A stretch of 64,000 bases of DNA, from positions 162,276-226,275 of the forward strand of contig CAVWDP010000003.1 in NCBI GenBank assembly GCA_963753835.1. Reading direction: 5' to 3'. Both the position numbers and the translations under genes were made by a program. Shown here in pieces: positions 20,404 through 29,729 of this stretch. Below the pieces are notes generated by a model, which saw nothing but the letters and a program-made list of their open reading frames with translations, was not told where the DNA came from and did no database searches. Position 1 is the first letter of the stretch; every line of letters begins with the position of its first letter. Source of the DNA: an uncultured Bacteroidales bacterium (GTDB lineage: Bacteria; Bacteroidota; Bacteroidia; Bacteroidales; B18-G4).

Positions 20404-21945
20404 TTAAGTTGATACTGCATCGTTTGCCATAATATACTTCCTTACCCGCCTGATCTCATTGAACTTCGGGCTGTCCTCCCTAAAAAGCGGGACTATCTTT
20501 CGCAAGGTACTGTAGGCCGCATAAGTGCTCGGTGAAAGCTTGTCGGCATATTCGAGGTAGTCGATTGCCTGCAAGAGTGAGATCAGCTCAATGGCAAGGA
20601 TCTCAAATGAATTGTCGATCACCTTCATGGCCATTAAGGCAGCGTTTGTTCCCATGCTCACCACATCCTGATTATCGTTATTGGTGGGGATGCTATGTAC
20701 GTACATGGGATTTGAGAGGGCCTGGTTTTCAGCCAGGGTTGAGGTAGCTGTAAACTGAACCCCCTGCATGCCCAGGTTTAATCCAAGCGTACCAAGGTTT
20801 ACGAAAGGGGGGAGTTTATTATTGAGCTTGTCATTCATCAGGAAGTTCAGCTGACGCTCCGACAACATCGACAGCTTCGTGATCGCGATCTTGAGTTTAT
20901 CCATTTCAAGTGAAACATAATCCCCATGAAAGTTTCCTCCATGGTTAACAGTTTCGTTCCTGTAGTCGATCACCGGGTTATCATTTACTGAATTGATCTC
21001 ATCAAGGATCACCTTTTCAGCATTATCAATCGTATCAAGAACGGGTCCGAGAATCTGGGTAATACAACGCAGCGAATAATATTCCTGTATCTTCCTAGTG
21101 AAGACCTGTTCTACCTTTCCGTTTCCATTATACAGGTGCTCAGCCCTTTTGCGTACCAGCTTGCTACCCTGCAATAATTGCTGCATACGGTCGGTGATCT
21201 TGTTTTGCCCGGGATGCAATTTCACCCTGTTTAGCTCATATGAATAATGGTCATCATAGGTTTCCACCACCTCATTAATCATGGCTGAGGCCATCAGGGC
21301 CCAGTCGAGTAGCTTACGGGCTTTGATCACGCCGAGGATCCCTATGCCCGACATGCAGGAAGTACCATTTACCAGCGCAAGTCCTTCACGAATATACACC
21401 TGGGCAGGTTTCAGCCCGGCATCTTCAAATACCTTTGACCCCTGGTGGGTATAATTCTGGTAAAACATATCCCCCTCGCCGATCAGGCATAAAGCCAGGT
21501 GGGCAAGCTGTACAAGATCGCCACTGGCTCCAACGCCGCCATGTTCGGGAATAAGCGGGATGATGCCATGATTAATAAAATCCTTTAGAAGGATCGGAAT
21601 TTCGGGATGTATTCCGGAGTAAGCCTGCATAAAATTATTGAGGCGTGCGATCATCAGGGCTTTCACTGCCCGGTTGGGGATATTGTTGCCCGATCCGGAT
21701 GCATGGCTTCGGATAAGGTTGTATTGAAGCTGAACCTGGTCTTCCTTGTTTACCTTATACTGAGCCATTGGCCCAAGGCCGGTGTTGATGCCGTAAATAA
21801 CTTTGTCGTTGGCAAAACTTTCGAGAAACTGGTAGCTTTTTTTAACTTCGTTTAAAGCTTTTTGATCCAGCTCAACTTTTGCTCCCCCGAATAATATCTC
21901 ATAAAAATCGGTACTCTCCAATTTCCTTCCACCAATGATCACCAT
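20404..21945 (-). CDS. MIO-dependent aromatic amino-acid ammonia-lyase (FjTAL/FlxA-like tyrosine ammonia-lyase)
   Basis: GGVGASGDL (MIO), YGINTGLGPMAQY, QLQYNLIRSH, HGGNFHG, NQDVVSMG. Confidence 0.9.
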   Translation of the reverse strand: MVIIGGRKLESTDFYEILFGGAKVELDQKALNEVKKSYQFLESFANDKVIYGINTGLGPMAQYKVNKEDQVQLQYNLIRSHASGSGNNIPNRAVKALMIARLNNFMQAYSGIHPEIPILLKDFINHGIIPLIPEHGGVGASGDLVQLAHLALCLIGEGDMFYQNYTHQGSKVFEDAGLKPAQVYIREGLALVNGTSCMSGIGILGVIKARKLLDWALMASAMINEVVETYDDHYSYELNRVKLHPGQNKITDRMQQLLQGSKLVRKRAEHLYNGNGKVEQVFTRKIQEYYSLRCITQILGPVLDTIDNAEKVILDEINSVNDNPVIDYRNETVNHGGNFHGDYVSLEMDKLKIAITKLSMLSERQLNFLMNDKLNNKLPPFVNLGTLGLNLGMQGVQFTATSTLAENQALSNPMYVHSIPTNNDNQDVVSMGTNAALMAMKVIDNSFEILAIELISLLQAIDYLEYADKLSPSTYAAYSTLRKIVPLFREDSPKFNEIRRVRKYIMANDAVST

Positions 21946-21993
21946 GCTGTGTATTCTTTAAATCGATAAGTTAATTAAACTTTTTCAGGCGGT

Positions 21994-22001
21994 CAAAGTT
22001 A
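21994..22001 (-). promoter_or_regulatory. -7 promoter element (TAACTTTG) at the head of the cluster
   Basis: TAnnTTTG upstream of the lyase. Confidence 0.6.
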
Positions 22002-22068
22002 GTGAATTTTAATATTAGAGATGCCTATACCTGCATGTAAGTGGAGTAGACGCCAGTTGAGGCGATTC

Positions 22069-22821
22069 TTACTGGAAACAATAATCGCCTGAGGTGTTTA
22101 CACTTATTTCAGGCAAGGTTTTGTTCATCTCAAAAAAGAGGTAAGCCTCTTCCAGGTTATTCCAGAAGTCAAGCAAGTCTTCATTTTCCGTAATGCTTTC
22201 TTTAAGTGCAGTGTAATATTCTCCATCCATCCGGCAGGGGAAAATATGGACCGGGATATATTGCTGTCCATTGTTCCTGGCTTCCACGGCGTAGATGTAG
22301 ATCTCCTTGATGTGGTCGTCGGTCATGGGCAGACAGCCGATGGTTACGCAGGAACCATGAATAAATATCTCTCCTCCCGGGCGATTCTTGTTAGCCAGGA
22401 TTATATCGGATTCATTCGGATAATTGATTCCCAGGGAAAGATAAAAGTGGCTCCAGGGATTGAAGCGGTCGATATGATAACAACCTTCCGGAATCTGCCT
22501 GTCGCCCTGTTTCCTTTTTGGCCCGGCTTCACCTGATATCCTGCAGATCCGGTATTCTTTGAGCAGCACGAATCGCTCATGCAGGCTGTCGCAGCCCCAG
22601 ACTTCCATTTTTTGTTCATGTTTAAAAGCCCTGATAAATATGTGGAGTGAGCTTGTATCCAGTCCCCGGGCCTGCACCAGAGACCTCATATGAAAGCTAC
22701 ATTCTTCATAAGCTTTTTGGACACGTCCGTTCTTTAGTTGATCAGCCCTGAACCCCTGCGCCCACACCGAACTTGTGAACGCGATGATTGCAATAAGCAA
22801 AATGCCTTTTCGTGAAAACAT
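22069..22821 (-). CDS. L,D-transpeptidase family protein (YafK/DpaA-like)
   Basis: GPKRKQGDRQIPEG, INYPN, IFIHGSCVTIGC; likely start MFSRKG. Confidence 0.88.
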   Translation of the reverse strand: MFSRKGILLIAIIAFTSSVWAQGFRADQLKNGRVQKAYEECSFHMRSLVQARGLDTSSLHIFIRAFKHEQKMEVWGCDSLHERFVLLKEYRICRISGEAGPKRKQGDRQIPEGCYHIDRFNPWSHFYLSLGINYPNESDIILANKNRPGGEIFIHGSCVTIGCLPMTDDHIKEIYIYAVEARNNGQQYIPVHIFPCRMDGEYYTALKESITENEDLLDFWNNLEEAYLFFEMNKTLPEISVNTSGDYCFQ

Positions 22822-22889
22822 ATTAAAGAAAATGGTGGGGTAGAGATATGCAAAGGGATAACGGATTGAGACACCGGGATAGTATATGG

Positions 22890-22980
22890 AGTACTTAAAG
22901 TACTTGAAATACTTGAAGTACTTGAAGTACTTAAAGTTCAAAGTTCAAAGTTCAAAGTTCAAAGTTCAGAGTTCGAATTT
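22890..22980. repeat. Tandem 9-mer (AAGTACTTG-like) followed by a 7-mer (AAAGTTC) array
   Basis: gtacttaaa gtacttgaa atacttgaa gtacttgaa gtacttaaa then aaagttc x5. Confidence 0.9.
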
Positions 22981-22982
22981 GA

Positions 22983-24545
22983 TTACTGAATATCCAGTCT
23001 TACCACTGCCGATCCTTGTGAGGAGTGGAGTCGGAGCAGGTATATGCCCGGCGCAAGATTCCCGGGAATCTGCAGGGTTTCAGTATGCCGGCCGGCTTTT
23101 TGTGAACTACCCTCCAGCAAATTGTCGACCAATTGACCATTTATGTTCGTGAGGTCAATGCTGATTTCTTCATCTGTTTGAAGCAGATAGTTCAGGCCAA
23201 TAGATTCGCCGTTAGCCGGGTTTGGAAATACACTAATATTTTTGAAAATTTCATTTTGTTCAACAACACTTCCAGCATCTTCAAGGTGATACCTGGCCAG
23301 GGCAAAGTTGAAGCTGGTGCCATCATATGACCGGCCTCCGAGTACGGCTTTCCCATCACTATACCGGGAGAGGGAAGTAGACCCACAATAATTTCCAATG
23401 CTGGTATTCACTTTGCCATTGTCACCAAATGAATTATCTCTCTGTCCATTTTCCAGCAAACGCACAAGTTCAAATGAAAACCCTTCTGTTGTTGCCAGGA
23501 TTTTACCATCTGTTTGCATTTTGATATCAACAACACTAGCATTGGAGCCGAAATCATGTAACATAATACCAGAGCCACCACCGAAGCTATTATCAAGCGT
23601 ACCATCATTTAAATAGCGAAGAAATAATGCATCAATTTCCAAGGAGGCATCCATGGAAAATCCCCCATTAATGATCTTTCCATCGGGCTGGATGCAAATG
23701 GTAAATATCCTGTCAGTATTTCCTCCAATATCAAGCGTAGCTGAACCATTGTTTCCAAAAGAATTATCAACAGTACCATCAGCATTGAATCTTGTCAGGC
23801 AAGTTTGGTCATCAACCCCATCATCAAAATATCCGGCCGCAAGGATCTTACCATCAGCTTGCACAGCAATAGCCCTGGTACGATCATCGCCCGTACCCAG
23901 GGAATGTAATGCAATTCCACCTGATCCGAAAGATGCATCCAAACTTCCATCGGTATTGTATCTCACGACGCAAATTTTTCGCTTATCAGTCTCGTATCCA
24001 TCCCCGCCCAAAAGGATCTTCCCATCGTCCTGTATGGCAATAGCAAAAGCATTATCCCAGAAGCCACCGATATCTGTTATGACTATACCATCTCCACCAC
24101 TGCCAAATGTATTATCAGGTGAGCCATCAGTATTTAACCTGATCAGCAGATAATCATCCACAGTAGAAAATTGATTATAAATGCTGCCCCCGAGCAGGAT
24201 CTTTCCATCGTTCTGCAGGGCCATACACCAGGCTGCATCCGAATCTGTTCCGGCATCAATCAGTGTAAAACCATCTGTTCCAAAAGTGTTATCGGGAGTT
24301 CCGTCAGCATTATATCGTGCTACCGCACAATCTGAAGAATTATCTATCTCCTGCAATCCTGCGAGCACGATTTTCCCATCAGGCTGCACCGCCATTCCTA
24401 AGCCCAATTCGCGGTATTCTGTTACCGGATACACCACGGTGCCATCAGTCCCAAATGTAAGATCCAGGCTACCTGGCTGGCTTTGGACAGGAAAAACGAA
24501 AAGAAACAGGAAAAGTGTAGAAATAAAAGTTATAAGCGTTTTCAT
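22983..24545 (-). CDS. T9SS-secreted delta-60-repeat (DUF5122) beta-propeller protein
   Basis: Repeated QxDGKI...R...DG.lD.tFG units; C-terminal VFPNP...GIYLL sorting domain. Confidence 0.9.
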   Translation of the reverse strand: MKTLITFISTLFLFLFVFPVQSQPGSLDLTFGTDGTVVYPVTEYRELGLGMAVQPDGKIVLAGLQEIDNSSDCAVARYNADGTPDNTFGTDGFTLIDAGTDSDAAWCMALQNDGKILLGGSIYNQFSTVDDYLLIRLNTDGSPDNTFGSGGDGIVITDIGGFWDNAFAIAIQDDGKILLGGDGYETDKRKICVVRYNTDGSLDASFGSGGIALHSLGTGDDRTRAIAVQADGKILAAGYFDDGVDDQTCLTRFNADGTVDNSFGNNGSATLDIGGNTDRIFTICIQPDGKIINGGFSMDASLEIDALFLRYLNDGTLDNSFGGGSGIMLHDFGSNASVVDIKMQTDGKILATTEGFSFELVRLLENGQRDNSFGDNGKVNTSIGNYCGSTSLSRYSDGKAVLGGRSYDGTSFNFALARYHLEDAGSVVEQNEIFKNISVFPNPANGESIGLNYLLQTDEEISIDLTNINGQLVDNLLEGSSQKAGRHTETLQIPGNLAPGIYLLRLHSSQGSAVVRLDIQ

Positions 24546-24674
24546 TGGTAAATGGGTTAGATTAAAACTAATTTCCCTAAATATATGGACTTATAGTTTT
24601 AAATTCAAATTGAGGATTGATATTTTTATCAAAACAAAAAGCAGCTTAGAGATGTTAGTAAGTAAAATCAGATT

Positions 24675-25190
24675 ATGAGCATGAAAAATATAAGACAGGT
24701 CCTGGCAATTGCTGCTGCATTTTCAATAGCCTTGTTTTTTTATTCCTGTGCCAACCATACCACATCACAAAATTCAGAGGATATGTCATTTCCCAAAGCG
24801 AAAACAGATAAAGAGTGGAGAGAAATCCTAAGCCCCTTTCAATACCAGGTGTTGAGGGAGAGTGCTACCGAAAGGGCTTTCACCGGCGAATACTATGCCA
24901 CCAAAGATACCGGCACGTATTATTGTGCTGCATGCGGCGATCTGCTATTTAGATCTGACACCAAATTTGATTCTGGCTGTGGTTGGCCAAGCTTTTTTGA
25001 GCCCGCATCTAAAAAAAGCATTGTATATAAAGAAGACAAGTCTTATGGAATGGTCAGGACAGAAGTGATTTGTGGGGGATGTGGCGGACACCTCGGACAT
25101 GTTTTTGATGATGGCCCCCCGCCCACAGGTAAAAGGTACTGCATCAATTCGGCCTCCATACGCTTCGAAAAGGCAGCGGAAAAGCAATAA
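24675..25190 (+). CDS. msrB: Peptide-methionine (R)-S-oxide reductase, exported
   Basis: KFDSGCGWPSF, HLGHVFDDGP, RYCINS; lipoprotein-like leader. Confidence 0.95.
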   Translation: MSMKNIRQVLAIAAAFSIALFFYSCANHTTSQNSEDMSFPKAKTDKEWREILSPFQYQVLRESATERAFTGEYYATKDTGTYYCAACGDLLFRSDTKFDSGCGWPSFFEPASKKSIVYKEDKSYGMVRTEVICGGCGGHLGHVFDDGPPPTGKRYCINSASIRFEKAAEKQ

Positions 25191-25273
25191 GCACCGCTGG
25201 TAAATCATGAGTGCTGTTGTTCAGCTGTATTTTGTAGCTTTGCGATGTTTTTTAAAACCAGGCCCTTATATAT

Positions 25274-26893
25274 ATGCGACTTAAAGATTGGAAATTCAGA
25301 TATTATCTCCCCATAGTTTTTGCCCTTGTTCTGCTACTAGGTATGTGGGCAGGAATAAAACTGGCTCCAAGGTCAGAAACCCATGGTGGGATGTTTGCCC
25401 CCTCAGGCGAACGCTATAACAAAGTTTCCGACCTGATGAGTTACATCCTGGGGAACTATGTTGATCCCGTATCCAAAGACGAGCTTTCGGAAGATGCCAT
25501 ATTGGGGATATTGGAGGACCTTGACCCGCACAGCCAGTATTTTTCAGCTGATATTCTTTCTGAGGTGAATGAAGAACTCATGGGTAACTTTGAAGGGATT
25601 GGGATTCAATTTAGGATTGAAAGCGATTCAATTACAGTGATACAGACGATTAGCGGAGGTCCTTCAGAAAAGGTTGGCTTGCTTGCCGGCGACCGTATTG
25701 TTATGGTGGATGATAGCCTGATAGCCGGTGTTGGAATTAATAATGATGGTGCTATTAAGTTATTAAAAGGACCCAGGGGTACCCAGGTTGACATTAAAGT
25801 TTACCGAAAAGGGATTAAAGGGCTACTCGATTTTATCATCATACGTGATGTTATCCCCACCTTTAGTGTCGATGTTGCTTATTTATCCGTAGATTCTGTA
25901 GGGTACATAAAGGTCAGTAAATTTTCCGCCACGACTTATGAGGAATTTGCTGTTGCATTGAAATCCCTGATCAGTCGCGGTATGAAAAGCCTGATCCTTG
26001 ATCTACGCGGGAATACCGGGGGGTATTTGCAGGCAGCCACCAAGATGGCAGATGAATTTTTAGAAGCAGATCAGCTGATCGTTTATACTGAAGGGAATAA
26101 TCGTCCACGCAGTTTTGCATATGCCACCCGCAGAGGGCAATTTGAAGGCAATGACCTCATTGTCCTGATCAATGAAGGATCAGCTTCGGCCAGCGAGATC
26201 GTAGCCGGAGCAATTCAGGATAACGACCGGGGAATGATCATCGGGCGAAGGTCATTTGGGAAAGGACTTGTACAGGAACAGCTCACCCTTCCTGATGGTT
26301 CGGCAGTAAGATTAACCATTGCACGCTATTATACACCAACCGGCAGATGTATCCAGCGTCCCTATGAAAATGGTAAGGATGATTATTATGATTCTTTTTA
26401 TGAGCGTTTTCATAATGGGGAAATACAGAATGCCGATAGTATCCACTTTGACGATTCGCTGAAATATATTACTCCCGGCGGGAGAACAGTATACGGTGGT
26501 GGCGGCATCATGCCTGATATTTATGTTCCATATGATGCCAAAGACTATCCGGCCTATTACAATCATCTCCTCGACAAGGGACTGATCTTTCAATTTGCCT
26601 TTGACTATACCGACAGCCACCGTAAGCAACTGGGGAAATTTAGCTCATTTGATGATTTTGATCATAATTTCAAGATCAGCAATTCCCTTTTCAATGAGTT
26701 TATTGCCTATTCCGAACAAATGGGGATCAAAAAAGACCCAGAAGGCATTCAAGAGTCAAAATACAGGATAAAAACACTTATGAAAGCCTTTATTGCACGG
26801 AACCTGTATGATGATGATGGGTTCTATCCTATTTATCATCGGATTGATGAAACCTTCCTGAGGGCGATTGAGTATCTGGAGAAAGGGGAATAG
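25274..26893 (+). CDS. S41 carboxyl-terminal processing protease
   Basis: LDPHS, PDZ domain, DLRGNTGG, SASASEIVAGA, GKGLVQ. Confidence 0.95.
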   Translation: MRLKDWKFRYYLPIVFALVLLLGMWAGIKLAPRSETHGGMFAPSGERYNKVSDLMSYILGNYVDPVSKDELSEDAILGILEDLDPHSQYFSADILSEVNEELMGNFEGIGIQFRIESDSITVIQTISGGPSEKVGLLAGDRIVMVDDSLIAGVGINNDGAIKLLKGPRGTQVDIKVYRKGIKGLLDFIIIRDVIPTFSVDVAYLSVDSVGYIKVSKFSATTYEEFAVALKSLISRGMKSLILDLRGNTGGYLQAATKMADEFLEADQLIVYTEGNNRPRSFAYATRRGQFEGNDLIVLINEGSASASEIVAGAIQDNDRGMIIGRRSFGKGLVQEQLTLPDGSAVRLTIARYYTPTGRCIQRPYENGKDDYYDSFYERFHNGEIQNADSIHFDDSLKYITPGGRTVYGGGGIMPDIYVPYDAKDYPAYYNHLLDKGLIFQFAFDYTDSHRKQLGKFSSFDDFDHNFKISNSLFNEFIAYSEQMGIKKDPEGIQESKYRIKTLMKAFIARNLYDDDGFYPIYHRIDETFLRAIEYLEKGE

Positions 26894-27170
26894 TCCATTA
26901 AGTGTTGAGTTAGTTTAAAATTATAATTTCAAAAATTAAACACTGAAACACTAAACCAGGTATCAATAAAACCATATCCCTACGCTATCTTCAAGCTAGC
27001 CACAAAAACCAAAATTCGCAAAAATTAAAAGTACCTTAACCTATTCCGAAAGAGAGGGTAGTTTCTTTTATTTAGATTTGGATCATTGGAATTTGTTTAG
27101 AATTTAGAAATTAGGATTTAGAATTTCAGTAACTTTACTCCAAGAGAATATTAACCTAAACCTTACAATT

Positions 27171-27746
27171 ATGCCTTTTACCTTGCCGGAACTTCCGTTC
27201 CCTATGGATGGATTAGAACCGTATATTTCTAAGCATACGCTGGAATATCATTATGGAAAACATCACCAGGCTTATGTGAACAACCTGAACAATCTAGTTC
27301 CAGGCACAGCCTTCGAAAATGCCAGTCTTGAAGAGATCATAGGCAAGGCCGAGGGCGGTATATTCAATAATGCTGCCCAGGTATGGAACCACACTTTTTA
27401 CTGGAACTGCCTGAGCCCTGATGGTGGAGGTGAGCCTACAGGCCAATTGGCTGAAAATATAGATGAGTTTTTTGGATCCCTTGAGGGGTTTAAAGAACAA
27501 TTTTCAAAAGCCGCGGCTACATTGTTTGGTTCAGGCTGGGCCTGGTTGGTGAAAGATGCCTATGGCAATCTGGATATCGTGCAAACCAGCAATGCCGACT
27601 GTCCGCTGAGGAATGGACTAACACCCTTGCTGACCTGCGACGTTTGGGAGCATGCTTATTATCTTGATAAGCAAAATGCCAGGCCTGCTTATATTGCTGA
27701 TTTCTGGAATCTCGTGGATTGGAAAGCGGTTGCGGGAAGACTATAA
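27171..27746 (+). CDS. sodB: Fe/Mn superoxide dismutase
   Basis: HYGKHH, FNNAAQVWNH (Fe-type), FGSGW, DVWEHAYY. Confidence 0.93.
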   Translation: MPFTLPELPFPMDGLEPYISKHTLEYHYGKHHQAYVNNLNNLVPGTAFENASLEEIIGKAEGGIFNNAAQVWNHTFYWNCLSPDGGGEPTGQLAENIDEFFGSLEGFKEQFSKAAATLFGSGWAWLVKDAYGNLDIVQTSNADCPLRNGLTPLLTCDVWEHAYYLDKQNARPAYIADFWNLVDWKAVAGRL

Positions 27747-27827
27747 GAAATCTGATATTTGATGTTTGATTTCAGAAGTTTGAGATGTTTCGATCATCGT
27801 TCCTCATTCTTCGGTCTTCGTTCCTCT

Positions 27828-29663
27828 CTACTCCACCGTCACCGACTTCGCAAGATTTCTCGGCTGATCGACATTACAGCCCCGGATCACGGCCATGTGG
27901 TATGACAGAAGCTGAAGCGGAATGGTGGCGATCAGGGGAGTCAGCAGTTCTTCGCTTGCAGGGATCTCTATCACATAATCGGCCAGGCCTCTCACAACGG
28001 TATCACCTTCGGTGACAATGGCAATGATCTTTCCTTTTCGGGCTTTCACCTCCTGGATGTTGGTGATTACCTTTTCATAGGTTCCTGTGCTGGGAGCAAT
28101 AAAAACTACCGGCATTTCTTCATCGATGAGGGCAATAGGGCCATGCTTCATTTCGGCTGCCGGGTAGCCTTCGGCATGGATATACGAAATTTCTTTAAGC
28201 TTCAATGCTCCTTCGAGTGCAACCGGGAAATTGTATCCACGCCCCAGATAAAGAAAGTTGCGGGCGTCTTTATATTTTTCTGCGATCTCCTTCACATAAT
28301 CATTTACTTTAAGCACCTTTTCAATCTTTGCAGGAATCAGTTCCATTTCCCGTACATACTGATGATAAGTTGATTGCGGGAGATGGCCCTTTTTTCTCGC
28401 GATTCGCAGTGCCAAAAGGATCAGAACGGTGACCTGGGCTGTGAAAGCTTTGGTGGAGGCCACCCCGATCTCCGGACCGGCATGTGTATATACCCCAGCA
28501 TCTGTAGCCCGGGCAATTGATGAACCTACGACATTGCAGATTCCCAGTATGGTTGCCCCTTTCGATCTGGCAAGCTCAATGGCTGCCAGTGTGTCGGCGG
28601 TTTCCCCCGACTGTGATATGGCGATCACCAGGTCATCTTCGGTGATGACAGGATTTCTGTAGCGGAACTCAGAGGCATATTCAACCTCTACCGGAATACG
28701 GGCAATATCTTCTATGAGGTATTCGCCCACCAAACCGGCATGCCAGGAGGTGCCGCAGGCAATAATGATGATCCTGCGGGCATTGAATATCTTTTGCTCA
28801 TAATCAATGATGCCACCTAAAACCACTTCCCCGTCGGGCCTTAACCTTCCACGGAAGCTGTCCCTGATCGAGCGGGGCTGCTCATAGATCTCCTTGAGCA
28901 TGAAATGGTCGAAGCCGCCTTTTTCAATGGCACTCAGGTTGAGTTCCAGCTTTTGAACATATGGGGTTTGCTCCCTGTTCTTGATGGTTTTGATCTTCAG
29001 GTCTCCATCTCGCTTTAGAATGGCCACTTCTTCATCGTTCAGGTAAACCACATTTTTGGTATACTCAACGATAGGGGTAGCATCTGATGCCAGGAAAAAC
29101 TCATCTTCTCCTATACCAACCACCAATGGTGATCCCTTGCGCGCTGCATAAAGGGTGTTGGGATCGTTTTTGGAGATGATCACAATGGCATAGGCACCCA
29201 CCACCTGGTTCAGGGCGATCCTGATCGCTTCTTCGAGTTCAACCTCCTCATTATCGAGGATATCTTCAATCAGCTGGATCAGGACTTCAGTATCGGTATC
29301 GCTGGCAAATTGGTGCCCGCGGTTGATCAGCTCTTCCTTCAGGGTCTGGTAGTTCTCAATGATCCCATTGTGAATAATGGCCAGGTTTTCAGACCTGGAA
29401 AAGTGAGGATGTGCATTGGAGTCGTTGGGTTCACCGTGTGTGGCCCAACGTGTATGTGCCATTCCAAGGCTTCCACTCAGGTCTTTGTCTTTTATGAATG
29501 TCTCCAGGTCGGCGACTTTCCCCTGGCACTTATACACATTCAGGGTGCTGTTGAGAAGAGCCACACCGGCACTGTCATATCCCCTGTATTCAAGTCTTTT
29601 TAATCCTTTGATCAGGATGGGATATGCTTCCCTGGGGCCGATGTATCCAACAATTCCACACAT
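27828..29663 (-). CDS. glmS: Glutamine-fructose-6-phosphate transaminase
   Basis: MCGIVG, HTRWATHG, SQSGETADT, PRNLAKSVTVE. Confidence 0.98.
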   Translation of the reverse strand: MCGIVGYIGPREAYPILIKGLKRLEYRGYDSAGVALLNSTLNVYKCQGKVADLETFIKDKDLSGSLGMAHTRWATHGEPNDSNAHPHFSRSENLAIIHNGIIENYQTLKEELINRGHQFASDTDTEVLIQLIEDILDNEEVELEEAIRIALNQVVGAYAIVIISKNDPNTLYAARKGSPLVVGIGEDEFFLASDATPIVEYTKNVVYLNDEEVAILKRDGDLKIKTIKNREQTPYVQKLELNLSAIEKGGFDHFMLKEIYEQPRSIRDSFRGRLRPDGEVVLGGIIDYEQKIFNARRIIIIACGTSWHAGLVGEYLIEDIARIPVEVEYASEFRYRNPVITEDDLVIAISQSGETADTLAAIELARSKGATILGICNVVGSSIARATDAGVYTHAGPEIGVASTKAFTAQVTVLILLALRIARKKGHLPQSTYHQYVREMELIPAKIEKVLKVNDYVKEIAEKYKDARNFLYLGRGYNFPVALEGALKLKEISYIHAEGYPAAEMKHGPIALIDEEMPVVFIAPSTGTYEKVITNIQEVKARKGKIIAIVTEGDTVVRGLADYVIEIPASEELLTPLIATIPLQLLSYHMAVIRGCNVDQPRNLAKSVTVE

Positions 29664-29729
29664 GCTGTTATGCTTTTTATATTTGGGGTAAAGGTAATGA
29701 CTTCTCTTATGAGTTCAATTAAACCCGGT

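Noticed and set aside
22822-22941. N-terminal KYF-repeat extension of the L,D-transpeptidase, and ORF 22886-23152
   Set aside because: Translation of the intergenic 9-mer array; the signal-peptide start is at 22821
29664-29729. glmS ribozyme
   Set aside because: The gap is only about 65 nt and shows no ribozyme core
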